A program made the translations under genes and the position numbers. From the NCBI RefSeq assembly GCF_009914755.1, contig NC_060935.1: a stretch of 64,000 bases of DNA; one strand, given 5' to 3'. Below are positions 1-12,690 of the stretch, in pieces; the stretch's first letter is position 1, and every line of letters starts with the position of its first letter. Origin of the DNA: the human T2T-CHM13v2.0 reference genome, Homo sapiens. The notes below the pieces were generated by a model. That model had not been told where the DNA came from. It made no database searches and saw only the letters and a list, made by a program, of their open reading frames with translations.

Positions 1-573
1 GTGAAATCACACCCCTTCCAAATTTATGACTCTATAATTCTGTGAAATCCATTCTGCCTCTGGACTAAGCAACAGGCAACTAACAGAAGCAATCACAGGG
101 GACCAGAGCCTAGCCCTGAAATGGACGGACAGCCTTTTTCCCTTTAGGCCATTGGGCTCCACATAAGGTGTTCTTGTTCTCAAACTGCCTGACCAGAGGT
201 GGGATTACAAAAGGGGTAGCCATCCCAGAGGCTCTGGGGATTTCACCACCTGATATACCAGGTCTGTCACCAAAGTCCCAGTCAACATGTCTGGTACTTG
301 CTTGTACCCCTTTCAAAGCTGAGATGGGCCATGCAAATGACCACTCAATTTAATTTATCTGTTGTTTCTGATGCCAAGTGCATGGAGGCGTAACCTATTA
401 CTGGACTACATCTGTCTGGTCAGAAATGTAGGAATTGAGGAATCTCGGTAGAAATGAGTCAGGAGACTCCACTCCCTCCTGCCCATGGTCTGCATCTGAG
501 TCACCGTTGGCAAACTGAATGAAAATGAAAGTGAGTGTGTCGGGGTGCAAGTACAGGGGAAATGACAACTTAC

Positions 574-657
574 GTGGCTCCTTCTGCCTTCTTCGTCTCC
601 CACAGATGTGATAACTGTCTCTGAAAAGACCATTTGTCCAGTCTGGTTGTTGGTTAT
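574..657 (-). CDS. DKK3: Dickkopf-3, third coding exon (codons 118-145); gene continues beyond the left edge
   Basis: [28 protein letters not shown]; 84 nt; acceptor TTTTACTGTAG|ATA, donor CAC|GTAAGT; joins in frame with the previous exon. Confidence 0.98.
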
Positions 658-1226
658 CTACAGTAAAACAGGTACAATGAAAGTAAAATAGAAGGAATTC
701 TGGACAAATTCCACAAGTTGTTTTTGTGTTTTGTTTTCCATTTTCTGAAGCAGGAGCATCCAGTATAGGAGTCGAAATGCCCACCCCGCTTTCTTTCTGA
801 GTTCCCCCAGCAGCTGTGAGATGGACGGCTTCCCCTGGGCACAGTGATAAGAAATGTTAACAGAGTCAGCCTCATAGGGTTGCTATGAGGAGGAAATGAG
901 GGGATCCGGAGAAATCACTCCGCACAGTGCCTGACACCCAGCAAAACGCTCAAAGATGTCAGCTGTTTCTATCTTTCTTGGGGCTCATCACTTGAAACTC
1001 AATGTCAACTTTATTCTTGACAAATTACAAGTCCGGGTGTCTAGTTGAACATCTTTCATGAAAAGCAAGCAGGTTTTAGCTCTAGCAGCCCTACCTGATT
1101 CTAGTGAATGGCTTCATTTCATCAAGAAAGTGCTTAAGTATAATGAGAGACTTGTTCCAATATTCCTGTATCTGTTGTCTGCCTCTGATTCTGTAACCAG
1201 GTGCAGGCATCTCAAAGCTAAGTCTA

Positions 1227-1559
<333 letters not shown>

Positions 1560-2054
1560 TCAGGAGCTAGGAGATGTGTGTTCTTTGAGCTCTGTCTCAG
1601 TCACCAGTAACCATCCAGTATGTCACCTGGAACAAATAATATATTTTCTCTGATTCAAAATTTTCTCACTTCTACATCATCTTTAAGGTCTCTGCCAGCT
1701 CTAATATCACAGGAATCTGCAGCCAGGACAAAGTGGAAACTCTTGTACTAATTTGCAGAAGGGAATCAAATTCTAGTTCTGAGAAGGTAAGGATCATGCT
1801 TTTACATTTTTACCTAAATAATTCCTCTCCCCAAATGAAATGATCTCTTCCCTTATGCCAGCTTTTTATAGAATTAACCAATGTCATATTTTAAAAAATT
1901 CTACAAGCCTGTATGTATGGGTTGCATGACTTATTAGAACGTTTATTATAACAATTTGTATTTTTCTTAAATCTCCAGAAGAAGAATATAAGTTTTCCAA
2001 ATATGTTTCACTACTACTGAGCTTTTCTTCTATGAAGCATTGCATAAGACTAGT

Positions 2055-2704
<650 letters not shown>

Positions 2705-4169
2705 TGAAGCCCAGTTGAGAACTACTGCACTGTGTTAATAACATAACTTTATTATAATAACAGTAATAATAAGAACAGTGGTTTTTGCATTGCATTTTAC
2801 AGTTTACAATGAACTTTCATATACTTTAGGTCATTTGACCTGCACAGTACTGTAATGTAGATGTTGATATCCTTATTTCATAAATGCAGTTAGTGAGAAT
2901 CAGGACATTTAAGTAATTTTTCAAAAATCACACTAGTGACTGGTAGGACTCACACTCAGGTATTCTGACATTTACAAGAAGCAACTTTAAGAAGCAACCA
3001 AACCTGTTGGTTAATTATTGTCAGAAAGGGTGACTTGATATTGGTTTTGACAAGAATAAAATAATCACTTTGAAAACATTCTTCAGTCGCAGATGAGCAA
3101 TGCCAAAGGATTATGTTCTGCTGGTAAACTCATTCATTTACCTGGAGCTCATACACTCTGTAGCTGATCCATCTAACTGAGCCCATTACGATGCAGTGGG
3201 AGAAGTGCCACACAAAAGCTACTTTATAGTCAAGGCAACGGCACATAAAAATTGATCCCCTGTGCTCTGTGGCACAGAAACACTATTGTTTCAACCAAGT
3301 AATTACCTGCGCACTTGAATAAAAGTGAGGCTCTTTTGTGAAGCCGCTGTGCCCTTGCATACAGGAGTTGAGATGAGCTGAGGGGGCAGGCTCCTTGATA
3401 TTCACAACGGGATGCTCACAACGACCCTGAATATCTGCACAGCACACAGTCTTAGGCAGTTTGCTCTCAGAGTCCTGCCAAATCATGTCAGAGACATTGC
3501 ACACCAGGGGCAAGCTAGTGCTATGTTCCTTGAGATTCGCAGAGCTTTCTTCATCAGGTCAGAATGGGAATGAACCTGGTTGTTCTTCATGCATGATGTT
3601 AGACCAAGAGGCACTCAGACAGGTGGTAGTTTGGGGAAAAATCTGCCAGAGAATTTTGAACGCACAACCAGCAAATGAATGTTTAATTTTGTAGCAATAG
3701 AGGGTTTCTCTTTTGGAAATGGGGTATATCATATTTACATTCCTCCTAAAAAAAAGTGAGGGTCAATTCACCATAACGTGGTCTCTAGTTCAATCCCTAC
3801 TGAGACATACATAAAAACCTATGAGATAGATCAATTCCACAAATTCAATGCTAGGAAAGGGTCTTTTTAGACATCCATTTGCTTTCTTTTTTTCAAATGA
3901 TAATCCCTGGACATTCCTTTGCAACTGGACTGGCAGGAAGCCTAGGGTTAAATATATTGCTTAAATGCAAAAGCAGTTTAGGATCCTGATACATTGTCTC
4001 TCCACTTTCAACAGTAACATTACTCCTTCTGGTTTTCAATCCGTATTTTATGATTCTCAATTGTAGTTTGGGCTTGTATATCACATATGAAAAAACAAAA
4101 ACAAAAAAACCTTAGTTCTCTGATGGGACTGGACGCTATAGAAAGGAGGAAGTGCTGGCCATGACTTAC

Positions 4170-4307
4170 CTTGTGAATTTCTCGGTGCACATGGATGGTA
4201 TTATTTCCAACCTTCGTGTCTGTGTTGGTCTCATTGTGATAGCTGGGAGGTAAGTTTGCCAGGTTCACTTCTGATGATGCTTTAGCAGCAGCTTCTTCTG
4301 CCTCCAT
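4170..4307 (-). CDS. DKK3: Dickkopf-3, second coding exon (codons 72-117)
   Basis: [46 protein letters not shown]; 138 nt; acceptor TTTAATAG|ATG, donor AAG|GTAAGT; N-glycosylation sequons NET and NNT. Confidence 0.98.
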
Positions 4308-4419
4308 CTATTAAATCGATGAATTTAATGAGCAAAATTATTTTCTCTTGTTACAAATGGGAGTCTATTAGAAAAAAAAAATCTCTTTTCCTCTTCTGCA
4401 ATTACAAAGAATGATGATG

Positions 4420-4640
4420 ATGATAGGTGCTATTAATTGAGTACTCACTATGATAAGATATTATACTAAACGTTTTACATATATTACAGCACTGAAATTT
4501 CACAATCTCTCTGGGAGGTGGGTGTTAATGTCCTCATATTACAAATAGGGAAACTGAGGCTCAGGAAGACTAGATAAATTCCCCAGAGTCCCAGGAAAGG
4601 GTGGAGCTGGGATTTGAACATGTTTCCACTAGATAGTCTT
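4420..4640. mobile_element. MIR SINE (similar fragments near 2780-2970, 6410-6610, 9480-9620, 21050-21260, 53380-53560, 58500-58690)
   Basis: MIR core similarity ATATTACAAATAGGGAAACTGAGGCTCAG...GGAGCTGGGATTTGAAC. Confidence 0.7.
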
Positions 4641-7600
4641 GCTCCCTGTGTAAACGCTGTTGATGCCCTGCCCATCTCCTGGTGGCCTAATCTGGAGGTC
4701 ACCTGTATCCAGTTCCCATACATGCCAACAACCAACTCTGTCTCTCTCTAAGGGCATTCTCTGGTCACCAAAGTATGCTCAGTCTGCAGAGGCCCCAAGT
4801 GCTAGGGAGTTAACATCCTAGCAATGAAAGTCAGGCTATGGAGGTAAACAGTCTAGCTTCTCCCTTCGCTAGACAATTCTAAAGCATGTAGAATCTACGT
4901 AGTCTCCCTCTAAGGCCTCCAGTGGGATGGAGCCCTAGATGCCCGCAGCAGTAACCTGCTTGCAGGCATACCGTTGATTGTCTTTCTTTTCTTTCATCAC
5001 ACTTTCCCACTTCCTGCTAGTGTTTTCTGGGAGCACATCCCAAATGCACTATTTGCTCTTAAGTCCTTGTGGCAGGACCTGTTGTTGGTGGTGGTAGGGG
5101 CAGGGGATGGAGGGAACCTAAACTTACTCCCTGTAGGTAGGGCCACAGCTGTGTCTCCTTCCCCACCCTGCCTCTTGGGTACCCTTGTAGGAAATCCTTG
5201 CAGAGGGACCCTTGTAGAGGGTCAGTTAACCAGTTCCCGGGGTCCACACCCCTTCTGGTTTTCTTAGACATATGTTCTTCTCTGGTGTCAGGTTTCTGTG
5301 GCCGCTGTCCTCAAATCCTCCAGGCTCATGATCCTCCATAACATCTATACCAGATATGTCAGTGACCTCATATCTGCACCCAACTTCCCCTTCCAGATTT
5401 ATCACCCTGTCCTGGCCCTGATGAGTGGGCAGTTGACAATGTGACCTGTTCACAGCTGATGGGACCCAAAGGGAGGCCACATCATAGACTAATTGAGCCA
5501 ATCAGATACTCTCTCTAGGAATTTCAAATGAGAGACATAAAGAGAAGTTCTACCTGATAGTTGGCAATTTTCCAACACTGCTATTTTTGACTATGGGCTA
5601 TTTTTATTTTTTTTTTTAAAAAAAGAATGCTCAAAAAGTATTTTCCTATTTAAAAAAATCACTGTCCTCTATCCCCTTAAGTACTAGATGAGCCCCTGCT
5701 TTAACCACCAGGTTTGCTGAGCTGAGGAGGATAAGAGGAAAGAATCCTCATGTCTCAATGCAACACAAAAACACTAAACTCAAAGTGTGAATAAAACCTG
5801 GTAGGCAGAAAGGCTCAACAAGGACTTAGTCAGTGGCCGGATTCTGTGCTGGATTCTGAGATGGCTGCTGAGATGTTTGAAACTTGATCACTGGCTTCAT
5901 AACAATAATAATTCTAAGAATAGCCCCCACGTTTGGGGCATTGACTATGTCTGAATCGTTGCACCAGATGCCTTGAATATTGACAGCAACCTTATGGGGA
6001 AGCTGTGATTATAGAGTCAGGTCCAAAAGTTTAAAAAATTGAAATATCTGGATCCCTTCATGGACCCGCTGAATTGGGATTTCTAGAGATGAGACCCTGA
6101 TAATACTGAGCTTCTCAGCTTATTCTGAGGATTTCCCTCCCCTCCCTCTGATCCCCAGTTAAGAATCTCCGTTCCAGGCAATAGGGAACTACAGCAAGTT
6201 CCAGAAGGCTAGCGGGAAATAATATAAAGAGTAGATCAGAAAGAGAGGGGAGTCAGGAAACTGGCTAGAATTAGGTCTAGGAGATGGGAGCTACTTCTGG
6301 GTAGGGACCTTCTAGGTGGGAAAGACTCTAAGTAAGTCTAGAAGGATCAAGCCACTGAGAGATGGCCACTGGATGAGTCAAGTCATTGCCTGCAGCATCC
6401 TCGGAGAGGAACACAGTGGAAAGTACCAGGATTCTGGAGTCAGACAAGGTGGGTTCAAGTCCTGGCTCTGCCACAAAGTAGCTGTATGACTTTAGGCAAG
6501 ATACCAAATCCCACTAAACCTCAGCTTGCTCATTTGTAAAATAGGGATGTCCTACTTTGTTGAGTAGATATAAGAATTAAGGACCATGCAGTAGATATAA
6601 GAATTAAGGCATGAAATACACTATCTGCCACACAGCAAAGATGAAATACACAGCTGTTTTTATCCCGTTGCCCTTTAAGAAGGCAGTTTCAAAAGAAGCC
6701 AGTTTGTTTTGCCAGAGTTCTGAAGGGAATGGGTAGCTAGAAGCAGGAAGAGCAAACGTTGATATCATGTGTTTGAAGAGCTTGCCAACAAAGGGGAGAA
6801 GAAATGGGGCTGAGATAGAAGACAGAATGGGCAAGAAAATGACTTTCCTTAAAAGCAAGAGACCTTGCCCTCAGTTACCACTCTGGTTAGTGATAGAAAA
6901 AAACGCAGCTGGGAAGAGAAGACTGAAGGTGCTGGAGAGGACCCACCCAGAAGAAGAGAATGTTTTAGTGTTTTTAAAATTCCCATCGGGATCAGTTTGG
7001 CTTTCAAATAATTGACAAGTTGCCAAACCTAGAATTTGCTCTGGGCTGAGCAGATAGTCTTTTTATAAAACTTTTCCCCCCAGCTCAGCCACTGGTTATT
7101 TCAACAGAATGAGCTAACGGTTCTTAAATGGCACCATGAACTAAAAGTATAGTTTACAATGGAAATTTCAACCGCAACTATTATTGCCACTAGCAAGAGA
7201 AACTTAAGTCTGAAGCAAAAGGAGCTGTTTCGTAGAGGAGGAATGTGAATGCTATTAAAAATGGCACTTATACTAGAAATAGGTGAGGCAGTAAGAACAT
7301 TCTAAAATGAGTGAGTTACAGAGCTGGCCATGAGGGGAAGAGAAACAGAGTGGTTATATCTTCAGAATACATTGATTGGTAGCATATAGAATAGTAACAC
7401 AGGAAAGTAGGAATATCCCAGATTGAAGCCATTTGAAGATATGCTTCTTCCAATAATGACCGTACAAGTAGAGCTGCTTTGTCCTTCCCCTTAAGAAACT
7501 TCAACAGCTTGATTCAGCTGGAACATTGAAAATGCCAGGAAGTTACTTGAAAGGAGATTCATGATGCAACTATGTAAACAAATAATGCATCTGGCCCAGG

Positions 7601-7998
7601 TCCTTTTTGATTTTTCCCCTGAACAATGACTAAATACCAATTATCCTGTGTCTATGAGATTTAAGGGGCATTCTGGCAGTCTCCATAAAAAGTTAATACT
7701 AATAACCACAGTCTATAAACAATCTATTGTATTCTATTTTTGAAGATATCTAAAAGATACTTTTAGTATTTTAAGATTAATTTTTAATGGTTTAAGATAT
7801 TTTAAAAGATAGATTCTATTGAGAATCTATCAGACACTGGTGGTGTTTTGTTATCATTCATACTGCTACTAGTAATATGATGATAATGATACCTGTTACT
7901 TATTTACAACCAACCATCATGTCATCCTTACAGCCACCTCACAATGAAGCTACCTGTATTACACGTGTTTTACTTAACCCCATTTTAGGCAGTCAGCG

Positions 7999-8974
7999 GA
8001 TGGCCTGCCCTAGAACCACAGGCATCACAAGCTCAATTTAATGTGAAGCTGCAGAATTAAGAGACATTGGGGCCTATATGACTCCCTTCACCCTTTAATT
8101 GTTCCATGTCATGATAGTTTCACAATCACAGGAAACAAAGATCATGGATCTTGGGCTCTTGACCTGACCAGTGGATATTCAGGGATAGCTGCCCAACTCA
8201 CTGATTTGCTTTACTTGCAGCATCTCATTTAATTCTCACCTTACCCTAAGAGGTGGACATTTCTCCACTTCAGACTCGGAACGCCACTGCCAGTAAGTGG
8301 CAGAGCAGGGACTGGATGAGGGAAGATCAGTCCCCACTGCCTCTTCTCCTGCCATGGTGTTCAACCTCTCTCATCCTGTACCCACTGCCAGCGAGGACAC
8401 CTCTGGGAAAGAGTGGGGTAGAAGTGACAGCCCACATCTCCTCTGGTGGCAAACTTCAACCCCCCAACCTACACAGAGCCACATCTAGAGGGAGGAAAGC
8501 TGGGGTCTTGGCAAAATCCAGTCTGGATAACGCCCATGGAGAAGACCCCGTCACTAGGTCCTGCAGGGCCCCACACTGCTCTGCTCAAGAAGAGACTGAA
8601 GAGGCCCTTGCTGCTCTCTCTCCTCCCTCAGCAGAAGCTAACGTCAGAGGACCACGCTGCAGACTTTCTGAACAGTGGTGGGCACAAAAACATAGAGGTG
8701 ACTTAGTCAGTCTTACCGGGAATCTGTGTGCAGGAGGGAAAGTCCTAGAACCTGGATAAGGAAAGCAGATGGCCTGCCCTAGAACCAGAGGCATCGCAAA
8801 CTCCACTTAATTTGAAGCTTCAGAGTTAAGAGACATTGGGGCCTATCTGAATCCCTTCACCCTTTAATTGCTCCATGTCATGATTGTTTTGCAATCACAG
8901 GAAACAGAAAGATCATGGGTCTTGGGATCTGGGCCTGTCCAGTGGATATTCAAGGACAGCTGCCCATTTCACTG
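7999..8974 (+). repeat. ~205-bp direct duplication (7999-8203 and 8768-8974)
   Basis: By-eye alignment gives ~23 mismatches plus one 2-nt indel (~88% identity). Confidence 0.92.
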
Positions 8975-10239
8975 CCTCCCAAGCCAGTGTCCCCTTCACT
9001 GCAAACTCCACAGGCTAACTGTTGTGGAGTGGGAGGGGAAATAGCCCCAAACTACAAAGGGCTGCGGGGAGAAAGCAACTTCCCCCTGGAGACAAGGGCC
9101 AGCAGTTAAGGCTTTGCCCAAGGGGGATACCAAGCTGGAGACAGCAGGGATGTGAAGCCAGACCAGGGGCCAACCAGCCTGGACATTGGTTTCCTGCTGC
9201 CTCCTTCACTAGGACGGCTGGCTCCTCTCTATAGACACAGGCTACAGACAGATTGGGCCCAACAGCGCCCTCGTCTACCCACCCCAGGCACCAGGGACAG
9301 CTCCCCGCACCTGGACAGAGAGGGCTGGGCCAGTGACATCTCCTGCCCAGGTAGCCCTGGGCATGCGTGGGTGACCATCACAGAGGACAGAACAAGATGC
9401 CACCCACAGTGTTTAGACCTGGAGGTGATGGAGGGCAGAAGCTAGGCAAAGCTTTGCTAAGGTACGTGGTATCTGATAATAGTTGCTAAATACTGCGCAC
9501 CTATTATTTGCCAGGTGCCCACACATATGACATTTAGTTTTCACAGGAAACTGAGGTGCAGGATATTAAGTGATTTGCCCAATGTCACCCTGCTACTGAG
9601 TGGCAGAGGAGGACCTGAGCCCAGGACAACTGCGAAGCACCGTTGGGTGGAGGGGGTATTGCCTCTCACATCCTCATCCGCCACTCATACAGTGCTGAGA
9701 TTTAGGATTTCCATCTTCCCTCTCTGCCCCCACATTGCGTGAGAAGCAAGACAGCCCAGACAGACTGCCAGCAAAGCTCAGGGCTCTTTGCCTCTTTGTC
9801 CCTGCATGGCATCCTAACAAGCTCAAAGCATAACGGACAAGCTAGAACTTGGCGATGCCTGGAGCTTGTCCCGGGTTTCTGTGAAACCACAGTGCTGGAA
9901 TACCAGGGGCCCTGCAAACCTCTGCTGACAATAGGGAAGGCCAACGGCATGCCTGACGCCAACTGCAGGCAGGTGGTGGCCCCAGCTACCTAGGGAGGGT
10001 CCAGTGCAGAGCCTCTCGGTGGACAGGCTCAGATCCAGACTTTTTGGCAAGGAGGCAAAACGAGGCGGGAGTAGGGATCACCGTGCGCTGCCTCCAGGTC
10101 ACTCCGCATCTGCTGTCGGCCCTTCCCAGGCCCTGCGCGGGACCCGAGGTCCCTGGCCAGCGCTCTTCCATGCCTTCCCAGACTTCGCTGCCCCCAGTCT
10201 GGCGCTTCTCAGAGCCCCGCGCCGCCAGGGCGCACCCAC

Positions 10240-10452
10240 CTCTTCCACCGCGCTGCGCAATTTGTGCTGCGTGTCCTCCATCAGTTCCTCAACCTCGCGG
10301 AACATCTCATTGAGGGTGGCCTCCTCCTGCGGGTAGCTGAGAGCCGGGCCGGGCTTGACTGGAGCCGAGGTCGCCGTCGGAGCGGGCGCGGGGGCCGTGG
10401 GGACCGCCGCCGCCAGCAGCAGGCACAGCAGGGTGGCCCCAAGCCGCTGCAT
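10240..10452 (-). CDS. DKK3: Dickkopf-3, first coding exon (codons 1-71, signal peptide and N-terminal region)
   Basis: Translates [23 protein letters not shown]...HKLRSAVEE, the human DKK3 N-terminus. ATG at 10452, 213 nt, phase-0 donor GAG|GTGGGT at 10240/10239; upstream acceptor ACACAG|GCGGCG places the exon start at 10478. Confidence 0.98.
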
Positions 10453-11041
10453 CTCCGCTCTGCGCCCGCAGCCGCCGCCTGTGTGTCCCGGAACGCGATC
10501 AGAGGCGCGCGGACCACCCCCCTCGCTGGGCCCGCCGCCCCGCCCCGTTCCGCCCCGCCGCCCGCCCCTGGCGCCCCTCTTTCCCGCACCCGCCCGGAGA
10601 CGGGAGGAAACCGAGGCCCCTGAAAACGCAGCTCCCCTACACCCGAAAAGACGCGACCCCACCCGCTCCAGCCCGAGCCCCGATCGCCCCAGGACCCCGC
10701 ACCCCCATCCTCGAGCACAAGCTGAGCTCTGCTCCTCACCTGTGATGCTGGAGCCCTCGCCAGAGCAACCGAACCCGGATCCTCTACGCTAATAGCTCCC
10801 AAGCCCCAGCTCACCTAGACTCTGTCCCCGGTTCAAACCCTAGCCCCTCCTCGACCAGGTCAGAGTGCCCGACCCCCACTTCCACCTCAAGCCTCTCTCA
10901 GCCCCTACCTGGGGTGGACCAAGCACAGGTCAGCCCCCTCCCCTTGGCGTCGGGTCCTACTCGAGCGCCCCGCCCCACATCCACCAAGAGAGGCTGAGCT
11001 CAGCAGAGTCGTCCCCTCCCCCGCCGCCGCCCCTCACCCAC

Positions 11042-11250
11042 CCCGACTGGACCGAGTTGCGCTGCGGGCCGGACTGGATCTGCTCGCTCCCGCCGGGAGG
11101 CCGCCGGGCTGCGGGTGCAGATGCGGGAGCGGCGCGGTGGGCGGGCCGCGGGTGCGGGAGCGCGGCGGGGTGCGGCAGCGCCGGTACCCGAGGGAGCCCG
11201 CAAGACGCGCCCCGCCCGCCCACCAGGCTCCCTCTCCGCCCCCGCCCCGA
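11042..11250 (-). other. DKK3: DKK3 non-coding 5' exon (5' boundary approximate)
   Basis: Donor CCAGTCGGG|GTGGGT at 11042/11041 spliced to the acceptor at 10478 gives ...CGGTCCAGTCGGGGCGGCGGCTGCGGGCGCAGAGCGGAGATG, matching the DKK3 5'UTR as I recall it. The TSS cannot be fixed from sequence. Confidence 0.7.
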
Positions 11251-12557
11251 GCCCCGCCCGCCCACCAGGCCCACCCCGCCCCGCGGAGGGGCCGCAGCCC
11301 GGCCATTGGCCAGCCGGGGCGCCGGCCACCTCACGCCCCACGCCCCACGCCCTCCTCTTCTGCCTCAGCGACCAGCTCTACCGAAGGCAGCCATCTCCTT
11401 CACTGCCTGCCCCTGCGCCCGCGGCATCCCAGGCCCGTCTTCTCTGGCCTCCAGGCTTGCAACAGCCCACCGAGGTTGGGGGTAGGGGGAATGTTCCTCA
11501 GTCCCACCTTGGTCTTTCCAAGCCAACCTCTGTCCTGTGAAATCCTCAGGAAAAATCCCAGCCCCCAGCCTGGCATTCAAGCCATCACCGCTGGCCTTAG
11601 TCTGCCGTGATTGACACCGTGCTCCAGCCAGGATAACGCACTTGCAGCTCCTGGAATGGGAGAACGTCATGAGAAAGTCAGCAAGCTCCTCAAGGGTGGC
11701 ATAGAGGAGTGGTCAGGACCAGACACCTGCAGCCAGCTCTGCTCCTTCCTAACTTCCCGCCCTGGCGAAGTTACCAGATTTGTATGCGTCCCAGTTAGCC
11801 CTAATATAAAACTTTGACAAGTCTCAAAAACGTAATAAGGAGTGGGTAGTGGAGAATCAGAGAAGTTAGACGATCAGGCCAAACAGCAGGTGAAGGCAGG
11901 GATGGCCAGAGGTCCTGAGTGTAGCTGACTGCTCTCCAGCTTGAAACCCCAAGACTGCCTTTCTCTGCAGCACTCCCCACATTACTGTTTACCGCCAAAA
12001 CAGCCGCTTTCCCTTCTACTTCTGGGCCTGGGGCAGGGCCCTCCTGAACTGCAAGGAAAGCCCCATTCCCCGGCATCTCCTGCTCTGTCCCCTGGGCATC
12101 TGGAAGCCCTGGTTGAGCATTCATTAGCTTTCTGGGGGTGGCTGAGCCCGTCCAGGAACCTGGAGCTGAGTCTCCACATGCCCCCGCTTGTCACTTCGGG
12201 CAGAGTGGACATTAGGAAGAAACTAATGCCGAACTGGAGGGTGCTGTGGGGGCATATTGTGGGGCCGAGCTAGGAAATGCAGTGCTGCGGGTTTACAGAG
12301 CACATCATGCTCTTCCAGTCCTTCATGTTGCTGGCTTAAAGACCAGGAATTTCCCCAGCTGAGATTGTCTTCTGCCTTACACCTTCTACCATGCGGTCTG
12401 GAGGTCTTGACTTTCAGAGTCAACCTAAAAATCTCTCTATATCGAACTGCCCCAAGTGTCAGGCAAAGGGACGCTTGTTTTCTTGTGTGGAGTCTACATT
12501 TTGTATTCCCAAATGTAATAATTTATCAGTAGTTCAATTATTAGGTTAAACTACAAA

Positions 12558-12621
12558 CGAAAAAAAGAAAGGAAAGAAAAGAAGGAAAGAAAGAGAGAAA
12601 GAGAAAGAGAGAAAGAAAGAA

Positions 12622-12676
<55 letters not shown>

Positions 12677-12690
12677 GGAGAGAGAAGAAA
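12558..12690 (+). repeat. (GAAA)n purine-rich microsatellite
   Basis: Essentially all A/G with a long perfect AAAG run. Confidence 0.97.

Larger units (their letters stand above)
10050..11460. promoter_or_regulatory. DKK3: CpG island / DKK3 promoter
   Basis: Very GC- and CpG-rich; many CCCCGCCC (Sp/KLF) boxes at ~10530-10570 and ~11210-11285; CCAAT box on the minus strand within GGCCATTGGCC 11301-11311; no TATA seen. Confidence 0.93.

Noticed and set aside
6563-6609. 20-bp direct repeat AGTAGATATAAGAATTAAGG (6563-6582, 6590-6609)
   Set aside because: Simple slippage duplication at the end of a MIR; two units only, not an array.
8253-8759. 168-aa plus-strand ORF between the duplicated modules
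   Set aside because: Non-ATG start (GTG), begins in MIR-like sequence, no recognisable domain, and antisense within an intron.
10004-11670. Many long overlapping Pro/Arg/Gly/Ala-rich ORFs (up to 206 aa) on both strands
   Set aside because: Expected from stop-codon scarcity in a CpG island; only the DKK3 frame 10452-10240 matches a known protein and has matching splice sites.
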